A DNA stretch of 63,932 bases, the filler included. It is 21 parts of 21 records of this genome, joined end to end, with 100 filler letters (N's around TTAATTAATTAA, not from the genome) between each part and the next. Parts side by side here need not be neighbours in the genome. Positions count along the whole stretch, not along the records: positions 42,312 to 44,835 come from SRR36015646_14161; positions 44,936 to 47,521 come from SRR36015646_14214; positions 47,622 to 49,695 come from SRR36015646_14507; positions 49,796 to 53,149 come from SRR36015646_15096; positions 53,250 to 58,363 come from SRR36015646_15327; 16 more parts are not named here. One strand, written 5' to 3'. The notes under the pieces were generated by a model. The model searched no databases. It worked only from the letters and a program-made list of their open reading frames with translations, and was not told the origin of the DNA. Shown here one piece after another: positions 42,606 through 54,719 of the stretch. Each line of letters starts with the position of its first letter. Positions within the stretch are counted from its first letter, which is position 1. Position numbers and translations under genes: made by a program.

Positions 42606-44798
42606 CTAGACATCATAGTCTGTGTCAGATTCTGATTCCGAAGCGTTAGCTGGCTCTTCCATATCCGAGGTATCCGTGGCATCTTCATCCAAGACTTGAT
42701 GTGCACCTCTAGTTTTGTTCTTGCACTCTTTTGAACAAGTGCAAATCCCGGTACAGTTAAGTGCATTCTTCTTACACCCACAGCGGTTAGAGTTGCAGTC
42801 TGCTTTGCAGCCACAGCATGTCATTGCCAGCACAACAGATGGCGCCGGTTGCACATCCATCCAGTCAATTTCGATACTTGTGCTTCTTACGATCCATCCA
42901 TGGCCATGTGGAGACGGAATGTCATCATCCTGATGGATGCAACTCCTATTTATATACGCCTGGTAGTTACATCTTAGTACCTTTTTTCTTAAGGCATTTT
43001 GACATGGCGGCAGTTTGGCTGGGTCAGATGTACCACATCGGAACATGATTGCTCTAAGCTTGTTCACACTGTAAGTAGGAGGAGGATTGAGCTTCTTTGA
43101 TCTTGCATTGAAGTTATATAGTATGCAAACTGCTTCCTCACAAGATGTGAATAGTGCTTCTGTTGTAGATAGGCTTCTTCCAAGGGCTGTCATTGCAGTG
43201 CAGAACATAGCATCATTCTGAAGCAACCACAGCACACTAACTTTTCCTCTACCCTTAAAAGCTGAAGTACTATCACAACCTGTGAATGGATGGGCACCAA
43301 TAATACCGTCACATACTGATTCGCCGAGTTTTGTTCCAATGGCTTTAACATTGATGTATCGCTTGTTTAATGCAGTTCCAGTGTGAAAAAGACACTTGGT
43401 TGTAATCCACCCCAGTCCACAAGCGGCGGTTGCTAATATCATGACATCAGTATCTGGAGAGCGAATTATAACTACATCTGGGTTAGGCACTTGAGAAGAT
43501 GCGTAATGCGCATGCAGTATTAGTCGTTGGTCGGCTTCCTCCATCTTATATACCAACTCTGGAATTTCCCGGCATTGCATCAGACCTTGGACTTCATTAA
43601 AAGCATAGCATTTAGACCCTGATGTTGCAAACAGCACGTGTCTGCCTACAATCATTGCATACTTCGGCTGCTTCCATTCCTCTATCAAGAACTCTGCCAA
43701 AGATTCTTTGAATTTCCCATCTCTTAATGCTTTCTTGAGCTGTTTGTCAACTCGTTGATTTGCAGTAGTAATTGTTGTGGCAAAGCTACCTTCAGCTGAG
43801 TCCATACGGGATTCTCGTTCTAAATTCTTGATTGATATGTCAGGGTATGTATCACACACCCAATGCACAGGGGCATCGTTATTTACGGTAACATGCTCCA
43901 TGATGATCTTTAATAGTGTTTCCGCCAAGTCTCCAAATGTGGCATTTTGATTCACTTTCAAGGTGTGAAGTAGTGCCATGGCATCCAAAATAATGACTTG
44001 GTGGGACGTTGTGCCTGGTCTCTCTTCTGGTTCAACCAACTTCTCCAGCTCATGCATCAGATCAGACTTTGATGTTTTCGCAAGACCACCAGTTTCACTT
44101 GCCAGAGAATAAGGCAGGGGTCCAAGCGGATACTCAAGGACTTCATCAATTTGCAACCCTCTTTCCATAGCTATGACTATCATTTTGTGAAAAAGATCTC
44201 GGGTGTATCGCATCGTGAATGTGTGTCCCTTAATTGAACGTTTCACTGGTTTGTTCATAGAAGCAAAATTACACAGCGCCAGTTTTGTGCACTTATCATA
44301 AAACCTCGATTGCGTTTCTGCTGGCTGCTGGGCTATTGCTTCATCAGAAAGAGGCATATTTTCAGAACTATCTGCTATTTCAACATCTTGTTCTGGTTCT
44401 TCATTGGCGGAACATGGTATCTGCAGCCTTTCTCTTACAAACTGTATGAGTGCCGATTTTCCTTTCTCATGGGCATTCATCATATCATTTGCCACTTCTG
44501 CAGATGCTTGTCTGCCAGAGGAAATATGGCGTAGCGGACCATAATCAGTAAATGGGTCGTTCCACTTCACAACAGTGTTCATGATAAGTTGAACTTTTCG
44601 TTCATCCCGTTTTACCCGCAACTTGCCAGCATCATCTGCTATGTAAGTTTTATCTTTCTGATTGCCACAAAGCATTGAAGATTGACGTACGAACTCGGCT
44701 CTCTGAGTTGATAAGACTCCCCACTTAAGTGTTGCTGCAGGATTCATGCTGATATCAGCTATCCCACCGGGTGACTTGGAGTCTTTGTTGACCCCCAT
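42606..44798 (-). CDS. Academ-like DNA transposon protein, C-terminal part (XPG/PIN-like domain plus Cys-rich tail)
   Basis: ILDAMALL, WVCDTY..SIK..ER, EEADQRLILHA, SPDTDV, TGCDSTSAFKGRGK, LPPC, CGCKADCNSNRCGCKKNALNCTGICTC. An in-frame TAG four codons upstream of the Met suggests a lesion or an intron end. Confidence 0.75.
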   Translation of the reverse strand: MGVNKDSKSPGGIADISMNPAATLKWGVLSTQRAEFVRQSSMLCGNQKDKTYIADDAGKLRVKRDERKVQLIMNTVVKWNDPFTDYGPLRHISSGRQASAEVANDMMNAHEKGKSALIQFVRERLQIPCSANEEPEQDVEIADSSENMPLSDEAIAQQPAETQSRFYDKCTKLALCNFASMNKPVKRSIKGHTFTMRYTRDLFHKMIVIAMERGLQIDEVLEYPLGPLPYSLASETGGLAKTSKSDLMHELEKLVEPEERPGTTSHQVIILDAMALLHTLKVNQNATFGDLAETLLKIIMEHVTVNNDAPVHWVCDTYPDISIKNLERESRMDSAEGSFATTITTANQRVDKQLKKALRDGKFKESLAEFLIEEWKQPKYAMIVGRHVLFATSGSKCYAFNEVQGLMQCREIPELVYKMEEADQRLILHAHYASSQVPNPDVVIIRSPDTDVMILATAACGLGWITTKCLFHTGTALNKRYINVKAIGTKLGESVCDGIIGAHPFTGCDSTSAFKGRGKVSVLWLLQNDAMFCTAMTALGRSLSTTEALFTSCEEAVCILYNFNARSKKLNPPPTYSVNKLRAIMFRCGTSDPAKLPPCQNALRKKVLRCNYQAYINRSCIHQDDDIPSPHGHGWIVRSTSIEIDWMDVQPAPSVVLAMTCCGCKADCNSNRCGCKKNALNCTGICTCSKECKNKTRGAHQVLDEDATDTSDMEEPANASESESDTDYDV

Positions 44799-44935
44799 TT
44801 CTGTCTCCTAGGTAACTTTCTCATGTCACTAGCCTNNNNNNNNNNNNNNNNNNNNNNNNNNNNNNNNNNNNNNNNNNNNTTAATTAATTAANNNNNNNNN
44901 NNNNNNNNNNNNNNNNNNNNNNNNNNNNNNNNNNN

Positions 44936-45250
44936 TAGTATTTAAAAGCGTCCGCCGATGACGAGTCCTAGATGAGCCCTAATAAGTCGTATTCCGAGTC
45001 TATATGAGCCATACAGACATCGACGGCAGAGACGACATGTGGCACTCCTATAGTAGCACTTGTACAGGCTCGTATTGTCACTCGGACTCGTCTCTGGCCG
45101 TCGACGTCCATATAGACTCGTATGGGGACTCGTCTCGTCTCTAGCCATCAACATTTCTATGGCTCGTAGAGACTCGTAATAGGACCCGTTGTTGCTCGTA
45201 TAGGACTCATATTATGTGGACTCGTCATCAGCGGGCACTTTTATATACTA
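44936..45250. mobile_element. Foldback/MITE-like element with 33-bp imperfect terminal inverted repeats
   Basis: 44936-44968 TAGTATTTAAAAGCGTCCGCCGATGACGAGTCC matches the reverse complement of 45218-45250 at 29/33; the interior is built of (G)ACTCGT/ACGAGTC motifs. Confidence 0.75.
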
Positions 45251-45678
45251 CTTGCATGCGACTGTAAAATGTTCATTACCAAAATAAAAATTATTAATCT
45301 GCCAGAAAAATCAACAAATATCGCAAATATTAATTTGATTACGGAATAAAAAACTTTTTAATTATCTGAATTAATTTAGATTTTACAACTCAAAAAGTAA
45401 ATTTGGGTGTAGTCGCACCACCCTATATTCATTTCATCAGAAAATTCGTTCTACAAGTTGTCGAAACTTCGTCTTGGGCTGAAATAACCCTCTATAGATT
45501 GTATAAATTTTAACAATAGTATAGAAGACATTAAATATTTTTTTTGAAAAATACCATTTTTCGCTAATGCACGTTTTGCAACTGCATGTCCAACATTGAT
45601 GTGAATATAAATAGATTATTATAAAACTAATCCATCTTACTTCACTCTATCCTTATGCTTTATTCTTATTATTTTTAG

Positions 45679-47301
45679 GAAGCAGTGACAAGAGTCTGGC
45701 TGACGAGTACGCTGTTAGAGCGAGTACAATAACAGACATCAAAAAAATGAGGACAAAATAAAGGCAACGATCCAGAAGCAGGCAAATTATGGTCGTAAAG
45801 GCAAAAAATTCCGGAAAACACTCAAAGGTTCAACGTACGCTAAGCTAGATAAGGCACTCTGGTCATGGTTTAGTAAGATGAGGGCAAAGGGCATGAGTCT
45901 ATCTGGGGTAATGCTGCAAGATAAGGCCGATGAATTATTCACATTGCTATACCCTGGAAGTCACGGGAAATTTAAGGCCAGTAAAGGCTTCCTGAGCAAT
46001 TTTCAAAAGAGACATTGCATTAGAGTGATAAGTGCGGCCGGTGAGTCTTTGGGTGTTAACCCCCACGTTGTCAAGAATTTTGTGCCAACAATTCACCAAA
46101 TGATTAAAGATATGGATGTGGACATATCGATGGTATATAACGCTGATGAAACGGGGCTGATCTATAAAAAAGTCCCAAAACGAACCCTGGCCTGTATCAA
46201 TGAGGAAAACCCATCCGGTTTTAAAGTATCAAAGGAGCGAATCACTGTGCTACCCTGCGCCAATGTGTCAGGTGAACATAAGTTACCATTAGCCATCATT
46301 GGAAAAGCTCGCAGACCAAGATGCTGGAAGAATACAGACATGCAGACTGTTCCAGCAGTCTACTACCATCAAAGAAATTCATGGATGACAGGCGACATAT
46401 TTGAAGAATGGTTCCTTTATGAATTTGTGCCGGCCATCAAGAAAAGAGCCCTTGAAAAAGGTCTACCTCCAAAAGCGTTGCTGATAGTTGATAATGCGGC
46501 ATCACACAGACGGTTAAAGGAAGGTGACATCGAGGTTGCCTACCTTCCTCCAGGCACAACTTCTAAGCTGCAACCACTCGATTGCAATGTTATGGAAACA
46601 ACAAAAAGGTTGTATTTGCGGAAATTGAGGAAATACATTGTGAATGCAGTTGAAGGTGGCATGTCCACACCCCAAGCCATTACTAGTGTAACAATGGATC
46701 ACGCTACAATTTCATTGCCGAGGCATGGGAGGAAACAACTTCAGAAACAATCAGAAGGGCGTGGCTTAAAACGCTAAAGCTAGGAGTAGGGCTTGCTCTT
46801 GTTGAAGATCAAGAGATTATGCCGGGTGGTGATTCTGATAGCAACGATTCAGTGGCGACGGCAGTGTACGGTCAAGGAGAAGAAGATTCGCTTGATGAAA
46901 ACATGCCAGAGCGGTTCGCTAATGTGTTCTTCTCTTCACGTGGGATGGACATAGATGAGTGGATGCGAGAAATACAGTACGACCCGATTTCAACTGAAAA
47001 TGTGTATGCGCTGGAGGTATCAGAGGATGAGAGGGATGAGGACAAGAGCAGCAGTTCAGAAGACATCGTCATCGTCGATGATGAAGCAGCTGCAGTGCCT
47101 CCGCCAAAGGTAGTTACTGCATCAGAGGCAGCGACAGCCTGCGAAATAGTCCTAAAGTGGCTTGCAAAGGAGGGAGCAAATGACGTGATTGATCCAATCA
47201 TGAGTGTTCAACTAGAACACATAAGGGCAGTTGCTCACTCCCTTGCAAGCAATAGGAGCACAAAACAGAGCTCCCTGCTGAAGTTCTTCAGTCAGAACTA
47301 A
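45679..47301 (+). pseudogene. pogo/Tigger (Jerky-like) transposase with two frameshifts
   Basis: After a tttttAG acceptor: SLADEYAVRASTITDIKK (HTH), a frameshift in the A7 run 45741-45747, LDKALWSWF, FKASKGFL, YNADETG, VDNAASH, LQPLD; a second shift near 46710 restores IAEAWEETTSETIRRAW and joins the ORF ending at 47301. Confidence 0.88.
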
Positions 47302-47870
47302 TCAACTGCCACTACGTTTGGCTGAGGCACTACCGCTGCTTCCTCATTGACGATGGCGATGTCGTCTCACTTTTAATGTGCGATTTGGTATTCAAAAGAA
47401 TTACTAATCTGTATTCTTGAATTTGGACCGTAATGCAAATAAGCAGTATTCTTTTTGTGTGCATATACTAATTTTGGAAGTTATTTAAGTTGTTTGTATT
47501 GTGCAGACATTAAATGTTTGCNNNNNNNNNNNNNNNNNNNNNNNNNNNNNNNNNNNNNNNNNNNNTTAATTAATTAANNNNNNNNNNNNNNNNNNNNNNN
47601 NNNNNNNNNNNNNNNNNNNNNGAATGGCTTCATTATGTTTGAAGTAGAAAGCAATGTTGGAAAATAGGGCAATTCGCATTATTGTGTATTTTGTATTTCA
47701 TGACGAAGTGACAGCTCGAAGGACAGATCAGATGGAAGAACAGACCGATGACTAGTAAAGGACAAACAATTTTTATAAAATTTGTGCCTAATCAACCACA
47801 AATACTGTATTGATACTTATGTCTTAATTTTCCCTAAACATCATATTATTGAAAAAATAGCGTCAACGAC

Positions 47871-49684
47871 CTAAGATGTCGGAGAGAAACTACGCCATGC
47901 ATATTCCTCATCTGATGTTTGACTGTGCATGTTAACATGGTGATGCAACTTCTTAGGCAACCTATCAGGTAACGTTTTACATTGAGCAATGCTGATAGCT
48001 GATAGACATTGCAAAGTCAGAGGAAGACACATGGATAGCTTATCGTGCAAAGTGCATAGCGCACTTCTTTCGATCGACGTTTCATTGCAAATCGAACCTA
48101 ACTCAATCACATATTTGTGGACTTCGAAATCTAAGTGGGCTCCACATTCTAGTAGCTTTAATGACATATTAGCAAGCCGTTCAACATACTGGTGGGGCTC
48201 AACTCCATGTAGGTTGCGGAAATAGTGTATGTAGTCCATAACTTTAGAATGAAGTCCGTTTTCATTTATGAATTCCATAATGATAGCGAGTGGAGTAAAC
48301 CCGTTTGAAAGTCTACTCCTTACATCAGCTCCCGACGCCACTAATAGTTGAATTATATCCAACTGCGTTGCAGTCACAATGCTCATAGGACTACCGGGTA
48401 TCTGAATTTCTCATCCATGACATATTCTGCCACTTTCTGAGCACTTCTTCAAGGCAACGTTGCGTGCTATCTGGTGCACAATTTGGATCTGCATCATAAT
48501 TCAAGAGTAATTTTACAATGCCTACTTTGCTGCCACGTACAGCTAAGAATAACGGTGTGGTTATACACTTGCTGGGAAGGCCTCGACTACTGTAATATGG
48601 ACTTGAGTCATTTACGTTAGCCCCAGCATCTAGCAGAACCTTTACATAATTCACATTACCTGCCTGTATAGCGGCAATTAAGGGTGTTATCAGACTGTCG
48701 CTCGAAGTACACAGACTATTCTCAGGAGCGTAGTTCACTTCAGCACCTGCCTCTAGCAGCACCGTTACCATATCCACAGTCTTTTTGTGTGTCTTTATAG
48801 CATGAATTAAGGGTGTTGTTAAAGTGTAGATAGAAGTGCTTGGGTCAGTGTCCTGTACGTAGTTTACTTCTGCGCCTGCATCTAGCAGAACCTTTACAAT
48901 ATCGACATTGTGTGTCTCTACAGCGGCAATTAAGGGTGTACTTAGACGGTAGTTAAAAGTAGTTGGACTACTCTCTCCTAAGTTCACTTCTGCACCAGCA
49001 CCTAGCAGTGCCTTTACCAGATCCAGATTTCTGGTGTTTACAGCAACAATTAAGGGTGTTGCTAAACGATCCCCAATCATATGTCCAACCAGGGCGAAAT
49101 TACTCGAACTATTCACTGGTACGTCGTTCACTTCTGTTCCAGCATCCAGCAGAAGGTTTACGATACTCAAATTCTGTGTGATGATAGCAACAATTAGTTG
49201 CTCGTATATTATACGTTTTTTGGAAGTGGTGACATTCTTGCTATTTACATAAGAACCTGCTTTGATGAGTAAACGCACAACGTGTTCTTGCTGCTTACGG
49301 ATTGCCCACAACAAAGGAGTTCCACCATAATATGGGATCGATGCAGTTGACATCCACATTTTTCTTCAGCAGAAATTTCAATATATCTTCGTGTCCTTCC
49401 TCGCATGCCTTGTGAAATCCCCTAAATTTTATTTTACTGTCTTCAGTCATTATTCCTTCAGGTGGGACGTTGAATTCTTCGACTAGTTTCCCTGCTAATA
49501 GTATATCATTTTCTTTTAGGGCGTTATCATATAGGATGAATAGACCAGTTTGACAAATTGCGGCACCTTGATCAAAGAGATAATGCAGACATTTGGAAAT
49601 ATTTGCCATATCCATACCTTGTTTCTGTTTTCCAGATAATACACTCCGAAATAGAGCGTAATCAACAATACTTCTGAACTCCAT
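47871..49684 (-). pseudogene. Ankyrin-repeat protein with a C-terminal BC/VHL-box-like motif (FEM1/ASB-like), split by two frameshifts
   Basis: Three consecutive ORFs (49295-49684, 48391-49359, 47871-48386) with TPLIxA..N.DxVKxLLxAGAEVN repeats; ends PLTLQCLSAISI...LPKKLHHHVNMH. Shifts near 49335 and 48400. Confidence 0.75.
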
Positions 49685-49930
49685 ATCAACATATGNNNNN
49701 NNNNNNNNNNNNNNNNNNNNNNNNNNNNNNNNNNNNNNNTTAATTAATTAANNNNNNNNNNNNNNNNNNNNNNNNNNNNNNNNNNNNNNNNNNNNGCCTG
49801 CCACGGCACCTGCCACGTCAGGCCTAAAGATAAAAAAATTACATTTATTATTGGCACTGTTAATATCGTCCCCCAAACTTTCACTAAGCCTTGTAGTACA
49901 TTAACATGTACTACATGTATCATTTTTAAC

Positions 49931-52900
49931 CTACTTTTGTATTGTTCTTGGTAATTTATAAATGTTTTCATGTTGACCTCTTGTGGAGCGTGAACTCTGC
50001 CGACGAGGAATACGTGAAACCGGTGTAGAGGGTTCCCCGATTGGTTCCTGTTGTAAGTTAGGCCTAGGTTGATTTGATGAAATGACATATCTTGATACAT
50101 ACTGTTCTTCATCATCTGAATATCCACCTTCCTCCTCCCCCTCACTTTCATCAAAATCCGACCTATCCCCTAAACTCAGTTCCTCCTCATCACACGCCTC
50201 ATCTGCTTCCACCCCCCCTGGCAAAGTGAACCTTGGTAAATCTGGTAAAAGATCTATCAGGCCCCGATGTACCCGCTTTTGCTTCCCTCCAAATTGGGGT
50301 CTAATTAAAATGACATCCCCTGGTTCATTTATTTCTAATACAATATATGCCCCCTTTTCGTATGCATCCACCAATTTATGTCTCCCACCGAACTTTGTTC
50401 TTTTTAATTTAACCAAATCCCCAACTAACAGCTTTTTTTTGTAAGTAAGCTTGCGATCATGCCTGCGTTTATTATTTGCATTTGCCGATTGTAACATTTC
50501 TGTGGCATATTCCGTAGTTTTTTTAATTAACTCAGCCTGTTCTACCATGTAATCTACGTCTGGACTGACCTGTATATTTAGGAAATTGTCGAGGTCCACC
50601 CGGGCCTCCCTCCCAAACATTAGAAAATATGGAGTTACCCGTGTTGATGCATGTGGAGTCGTGTTATAAATAAATACTAAATGCGATAGCATTTCTGGCC
50701 AACGATACCTAACAGACTCATCTAATGACTTGATCAACCCGAATAGGGTCCGATTATATCGTTCTGCTTGAGAATTACCTTGTGGGTGATATGCCGTCGT
50801 ACGGGATTTCTTGATGCCGTACAGCTTACACAATTCCCCTATGATGTCACTTTCAAAATTTCTTCCTTGATCCGAGTGTAATCTGCCGGGTATACCATAA
50901 CGTGTAAAGAAATTGTCCCGCAATGCCTGAGCCACAGTCTTAGCCGTCTGATCCTTGCACGGTACGGCTTGACTAAATTTCGTAAATATATCTGTCATGA
51001 CCAACACATCCTCATACCCCCTAACACCCTTGTCCATTTTTACAAAATCTATCGCCAAAACTTCTAGTGGCCTAAATGCAATTAGATGACGCATGGGAGT
51101 TCTGGTTTGCTTAGTGGCTGGCTTGGAAAAGACGCATTGACTGCAATGTTTTATGTGGCTGTCTACATCCCGATACATTGATGGCCAAAAACAGCGTGGA
51201 TATAATAGAGCTAGAGTTCGATTCCTGCCCTGGTGCCCCCATCCATCATGTGCCGACTGTAAAATCTTATCTTTCACCCTGAATGGCACCAATAATTGTA
51301 GCAAATCTTCTCCGATGGGACCCTTAACTTTACGGTACAGGACCCCCTCATGCTCCACTATATTATCCCAGTGTTTCAACCAAGCCCTCAATTCCAAGTC
51401 AGTCACCGCTGTAAGTTCTGGTTTTTGCCCCAAAGACCACACCTCCCACACCTGGTTGAGGATAGGGTCCTCTTTTTGCAATTTAGCTAACTCCGCATTT
51501 CCCAAGGAGCTAGTAGAGAACATGTTAGTTGACTCTTCCACCGGGTCTTGCCTGACTTCCCCAACATTCATATGTGCATCCTGCCCTCCCAAAATAGGCG
51601 GAACCGCAGTACTGTGCAAGAGATTTTGGAATATATTCTGTACCTCGTCTTCTTTCACTAACTGTGGGTACCTACTCAATGCGTCGGCACAAAGATTACT
51701 TTTTCCGCTTCGATATTGGATTTCAAAATCAAATGCAGCCAACTGTGCGGCCCACCGCATCTCTGTGGCCCCCAGTTTTGCAGTTGTTTTCAAGTATTTG
51801 AGTGGATTATTGTCAGTGTAAACTATGAAAGAACTACTCAGCAGGTAATTCTTAAACTTATCCACTACCGCCCACTTTAAGGCTAACAATTCTAGCTTGA
51901 ATGAACTGTAATCTGGGTAATTCCGCTCAGCTGCCTGTAATGTACGGCTTGCATATGCGATGGGGTGCAGCTTACCCTCAGCATCAGGCTGTGATAAGCA
52001 GGCGCCAATTCCCTCCAAACTTCCGTCCGTTTCTAACACAAAGGGTTTTGAAAAATCTGGGTACGCCAGCACTGGAGAATCACACAACCTATCCTTGAGT
52101 GTTTGAAAAGCCTCCCTTGCCCGATCAGACCACTGCAACTTAAATTTACCCAACCGTTTCGTATTACTTTTACCCCCCGTGCTAGTAGCGATTAAATCGT
52201 ACAAGGGTTTACCAATGACTGAAAAGTTCCTAATGAAGTGCCTATAATATCCGGCCAACCCTAAAAACTGACGTAATTTTTCAGCTGTTTCTGGTACTGG
52301 CCAGTCACGAATTTTGTCTATTTTTCCAGGGTCTACTTGTATTCCACTGCTACAAACAACATGTCCCAAATATTGAATTTCGGAGCGAAAAAATTTACAT
52401 TTTCTACCTTTAACTCGTAAGTTGAACTTTTGCAACCTATCAAACACCTTTCCTAACCGTTGCAAATGTTCATCATCCGAGCCTGAAAATATAAGTACGT
52501 CATCCAAAAATATCAGAATTTCCTTCAAGTTCATATCCCCTAGGCAGTTTTCGATTAGCCGCTGAAAAGTCGCAGGACTACCCGCCAGACCCATTGGCAT
52601 TCGTAAAAATTCGTAAAGGCCGAAAGGTACTCTAAAGGCAGTCAATGGAATGGACTCTTCGTCCATGGTCACCTGGTTATAACCATGTGCCAAGTCAATA
52701 CAGCTAAACCGTGACGCGTCAGATAAACTCTCCAAGGACTCCGAGATCCTGGGAAGAGGAAATGCGTCGCGATGGCATTTTGAGTTCAATGCTCTATAAT
52801 CAATACAAAGCCTTATTGAATTATCCCGTTTACGAATAATTACCACTGGTGACGCGAAGGCACTACTACTCCGCCGAATAATTCCATTATCCAACAGCTG

Positions 52901-53131
52901 TTGTATATAATCCCTAATCTCCTGCAATTGCTTTGGTGGTATCCTACGGTACGGCTGATTTACTGGAACGTCATTAGGATCCTTTAGCCTAATTACATGC
53001 GGTATTTTGTCACATTCCCCTAAATCAAACTCTGACTTGGTAAAAATACCATCATACTTTTGAATCAGTCTGCCAAATTTTTCCCGTAATTCGCTAGTTT
53101 TACCGGGTGTATCTGATTCCACCTGGTTCAT
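49931..53131 (-). CDS. Ty3/Gypsy pol (RT-RNase H-integrase), 5'-truncated
   Basis: RLCIDYRALN, MPMGL, FLDD, ETDGS, LELLALKWAV, YTDNNPL, HDGWGH..CSQC, AIDF, HSDQGRNFES, ERYNRT. Confidence 0.97.
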   Translation of the reverse strand: MNQVESDTPGKTSELREKFGRLIQKYDGIFTKSEFDLGECDKIPHVIRLKDPNDVPVNQPYRRIPPKQLQEIRDYIQQLLDNGIIRRSSSAFASPVVIIRKRDNSIRLCIDYRALNSKCHRDAFPLPRISESLESLSDASRFSCIDLAHGYNQVTMDEESIPLTAFRVPFGLYEFLRMPMGLAGSPATFQRLIENCLGDMNLKEILIFLDDVLIFSGSDDEHLQRLGKVFDRLQKFNLRVKGRKCKFFRSEIQYLGHVVCSSGIQVDPGKIDKIRDWPVPETAEKLRQFLGLAGYYRHFIRNFSVIGKPLYDLIATSTGGKSNTKRLGKFKLQWSDRAREAFQTLKDRLCDSPVLAYPDFSKPFVLETDGSLEGIGACLSQPDAEGKLHPIAYASRTLQAAERNYPDYSSFKLELLALKWAVVDKFKNYLLSSSFIVYTDNNPLKYLKTTAKLGATEMRWAAQLAAFDFEIQYRSGKSNLCADALSRYPQLVKEDEVQNIFQNLLHSTAVPPILGGQDAHMNVGEVRQDPVEESTNMFSTSSLGNAELAKLQKEDPILNQVWEVWSLGQKPELTAVTDLELRAWLKHWDNIVEHEGVLYRKVKGPIGEDLLQLLVPFRVKDKILQSAHDGWGHQGRNRTLALLYPRCFWPSMYRDVDSHIKHCSQCVFSKPATKQTRTPMRHLIAFRPLEVLAIDFVKMDKGVRGYEDVLVMTDIFTKFSQAVPCKDQTAKTVAQALRDNFFTRYGIPGRLHSDQGRNFESDIIGELCKLYGIKKSRTTAYHPQGNSQAERYNRTLFGLIKSLDESVRYRWPEMLSHLVFIYNTTPHASTRVTPYFLMFGREARVDLDNFLNIQVSPDVDYMVEQAELIKKTTEYATEMLQSANANNKRRHDRKLTYKKKLLVGDLVKLKRTKFGGRHKLVDAYEKGAYIVLEINEPGDVILIRPQFGGKQKRVHRGLIDLLPDLPRFTLPGGVEADEACDEEELSLGDRSDFDESEGEEEGGYSDDEEQYVSRYVISSNQPRPNLQQEPIGEPSTPVSRIPRRQSSRSTRGQHENIYKLPRTIQK

Positions 53132-53499
53132 ATTAACCCCCGGGGGTAANNNNNNNNNNNNNNNNNNNNNNNNNNNNNNNNNNNNNNNNNNNNTTAATTA
53201 ATTAANNNNNNNNNNNNNNNNNNNNNNNNNNNNNNNNNNNNNNNNNNNNGTACAATGGAGTGAGTGCCTGGCACACGACCATCTCTGTGTGAACTGTGTT
53301 TGAACTTTCGCGCCTTTGGGACGCTGTTATTGTGTTCATAGAAGAGGACTAACGTTTGTATCTTTTGTTATCTAACAGGCCACAATATGTAAGTACTATT
53401 ATTATTAATTGTGTCTGGACGGCGTATCCAGGATTGGACGCCTGTCAACAGTGATCGCCAGTTGCAGGTTCTCAGACTTTCGTGGGCCTAAAATAAACA

Positions 53500-54663
53500 A
53501 TGGCATCGCAAGTAAATATGCCAAAGGGGCGTAATATGAATGTGAACTGCAGACCGAACTGTATTATTTTGAAATGTGATAAAGTAGAAACAACGCAGGT
53601 GCAAATTCTGCAAAGTCTAGTGGAAAAGGGTCACAATCCAAATGGCGTCATTAAGTGCTTTTCTAGGCCCGACCCTAGAAAGCCAGTCTACCTAATGACA
53701 ATGCATACCAAAGAAAAGTTTGAAGAGATGCGCGACTTTCTGTGCACTGAAGCAGGGGTTGATATTGGTGTGGACAAAATCAAGGGGCAGACCTGGGAAT
53801 CATCCGTGAACCGACCAGCGGCTGTAAATCCATACACTACATATCATTTGTATGGCGCTCCGGAAGAACTAGGTGACCCTGATTGTAAAGCTGCATTTGC
53901 CAAATTCATGCACATATCCGACTACAAGAGAGGCTATCTAAAACAGTTTAGGTCAATAGAAAGTGGCGTGCGTCATATTAGCACCACTCGGCTAATAAAA
54001 CCGGTCCCAACATTTGTAACAGTATTAGGCTGCAAGCTAAGAGTGCGTTATAACGGTCAAATACAAAACGACATGTTCTGTTATAACTGCGGGAGGAGAG
54101 GCCATCTAGCCGAGGAGTGTCCGGATCCCGTGCAATGTCGTATCTGTAAACAGCCAAATCATAAGTCGTGGATGTGTCCACAAAAGAAAACAACCGGCGT
54201 CCCGACACAGCCAAAGCAAACCGTGCCTACGTCATACGCCTCCGCCGTAAATAATGACAGCCTTTACGATGATAGCGTCGATTTGCATGGTGAAAGCGTG
54301 CAACGGGAGGATGAGGACCCGTGCAACACATCAGATTGTGAAAATAACGGAGATGCAGATGACACACCAGTGGAGGCCAGTGAGGCTGAAAACGATTGTG
54401 TTCCAAGCTCAGTACAAACCCGTCATGCGTTGAACAAAACCTTTGAAGCTGGAAAACGGAAAGAAATGGAATCGAGCTACAGTGGTGACAGTAGCAGTGA
54501 AAGTGTAATTGTGCGCCCGACGAAAAAACATGCTGAAGCAGATCTACTGAGTGCAGATTTAGAGCTCAGCTCACACACTTTGGTCATAAATGAGGATCCC
54601 ATAAACCAGTCAACCGATTCCGTGCGAAACATTCAAGTGACATCAACACCATTAAAGAACTAA
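53500..54663 (+). CDS. LINE ORF1 with two CCHC zinc knuckles
   Basis: HLYGAPEEL, IESGVRH, LRVRYNGQ, CYNCGRRGHLAEEC, CRICKQPNHKSWMC. Confidence 0.92.
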   Translation: MASQVNMPKGRNMNVNCRPNCIILKCDKVETTQVQILQSLVEKGHNPNGVIKCFSRPDPRKPVYLMTMHTKEKFEEMRDFLCTEAGVDIGVDKIKGQTWESSVNRPAAVNPYTTYHLYGAPEELGDPDCKAAFAKFMHISDYKRGYLKQFRSIESGVRHISTTRLIKPVPTFVTVLGCKLRVRYNGQIQNDMFCYNCGRRGHLAEECPDPVQCRICKQPNHKSWMCPQKKTTGVPTQPKQTVPTSYASAVNNDSLYDDSVDLHGESVQREDEDPCNTSDCENNGDADDTPVEASEAENDCVPSSVQTRHALNKTFEAGKRKEMESSYSGDSSSESVIVRPTKKHAEADLLSADLELSSHTLVINEDPINQSTDSVRNIQVTSTPLKN

Positions 54664-54719
54664 ACAGAAACACTTTAGTGATCAACATATTGTAACAATT
54701 CACTTTTCAAATTCCTACA

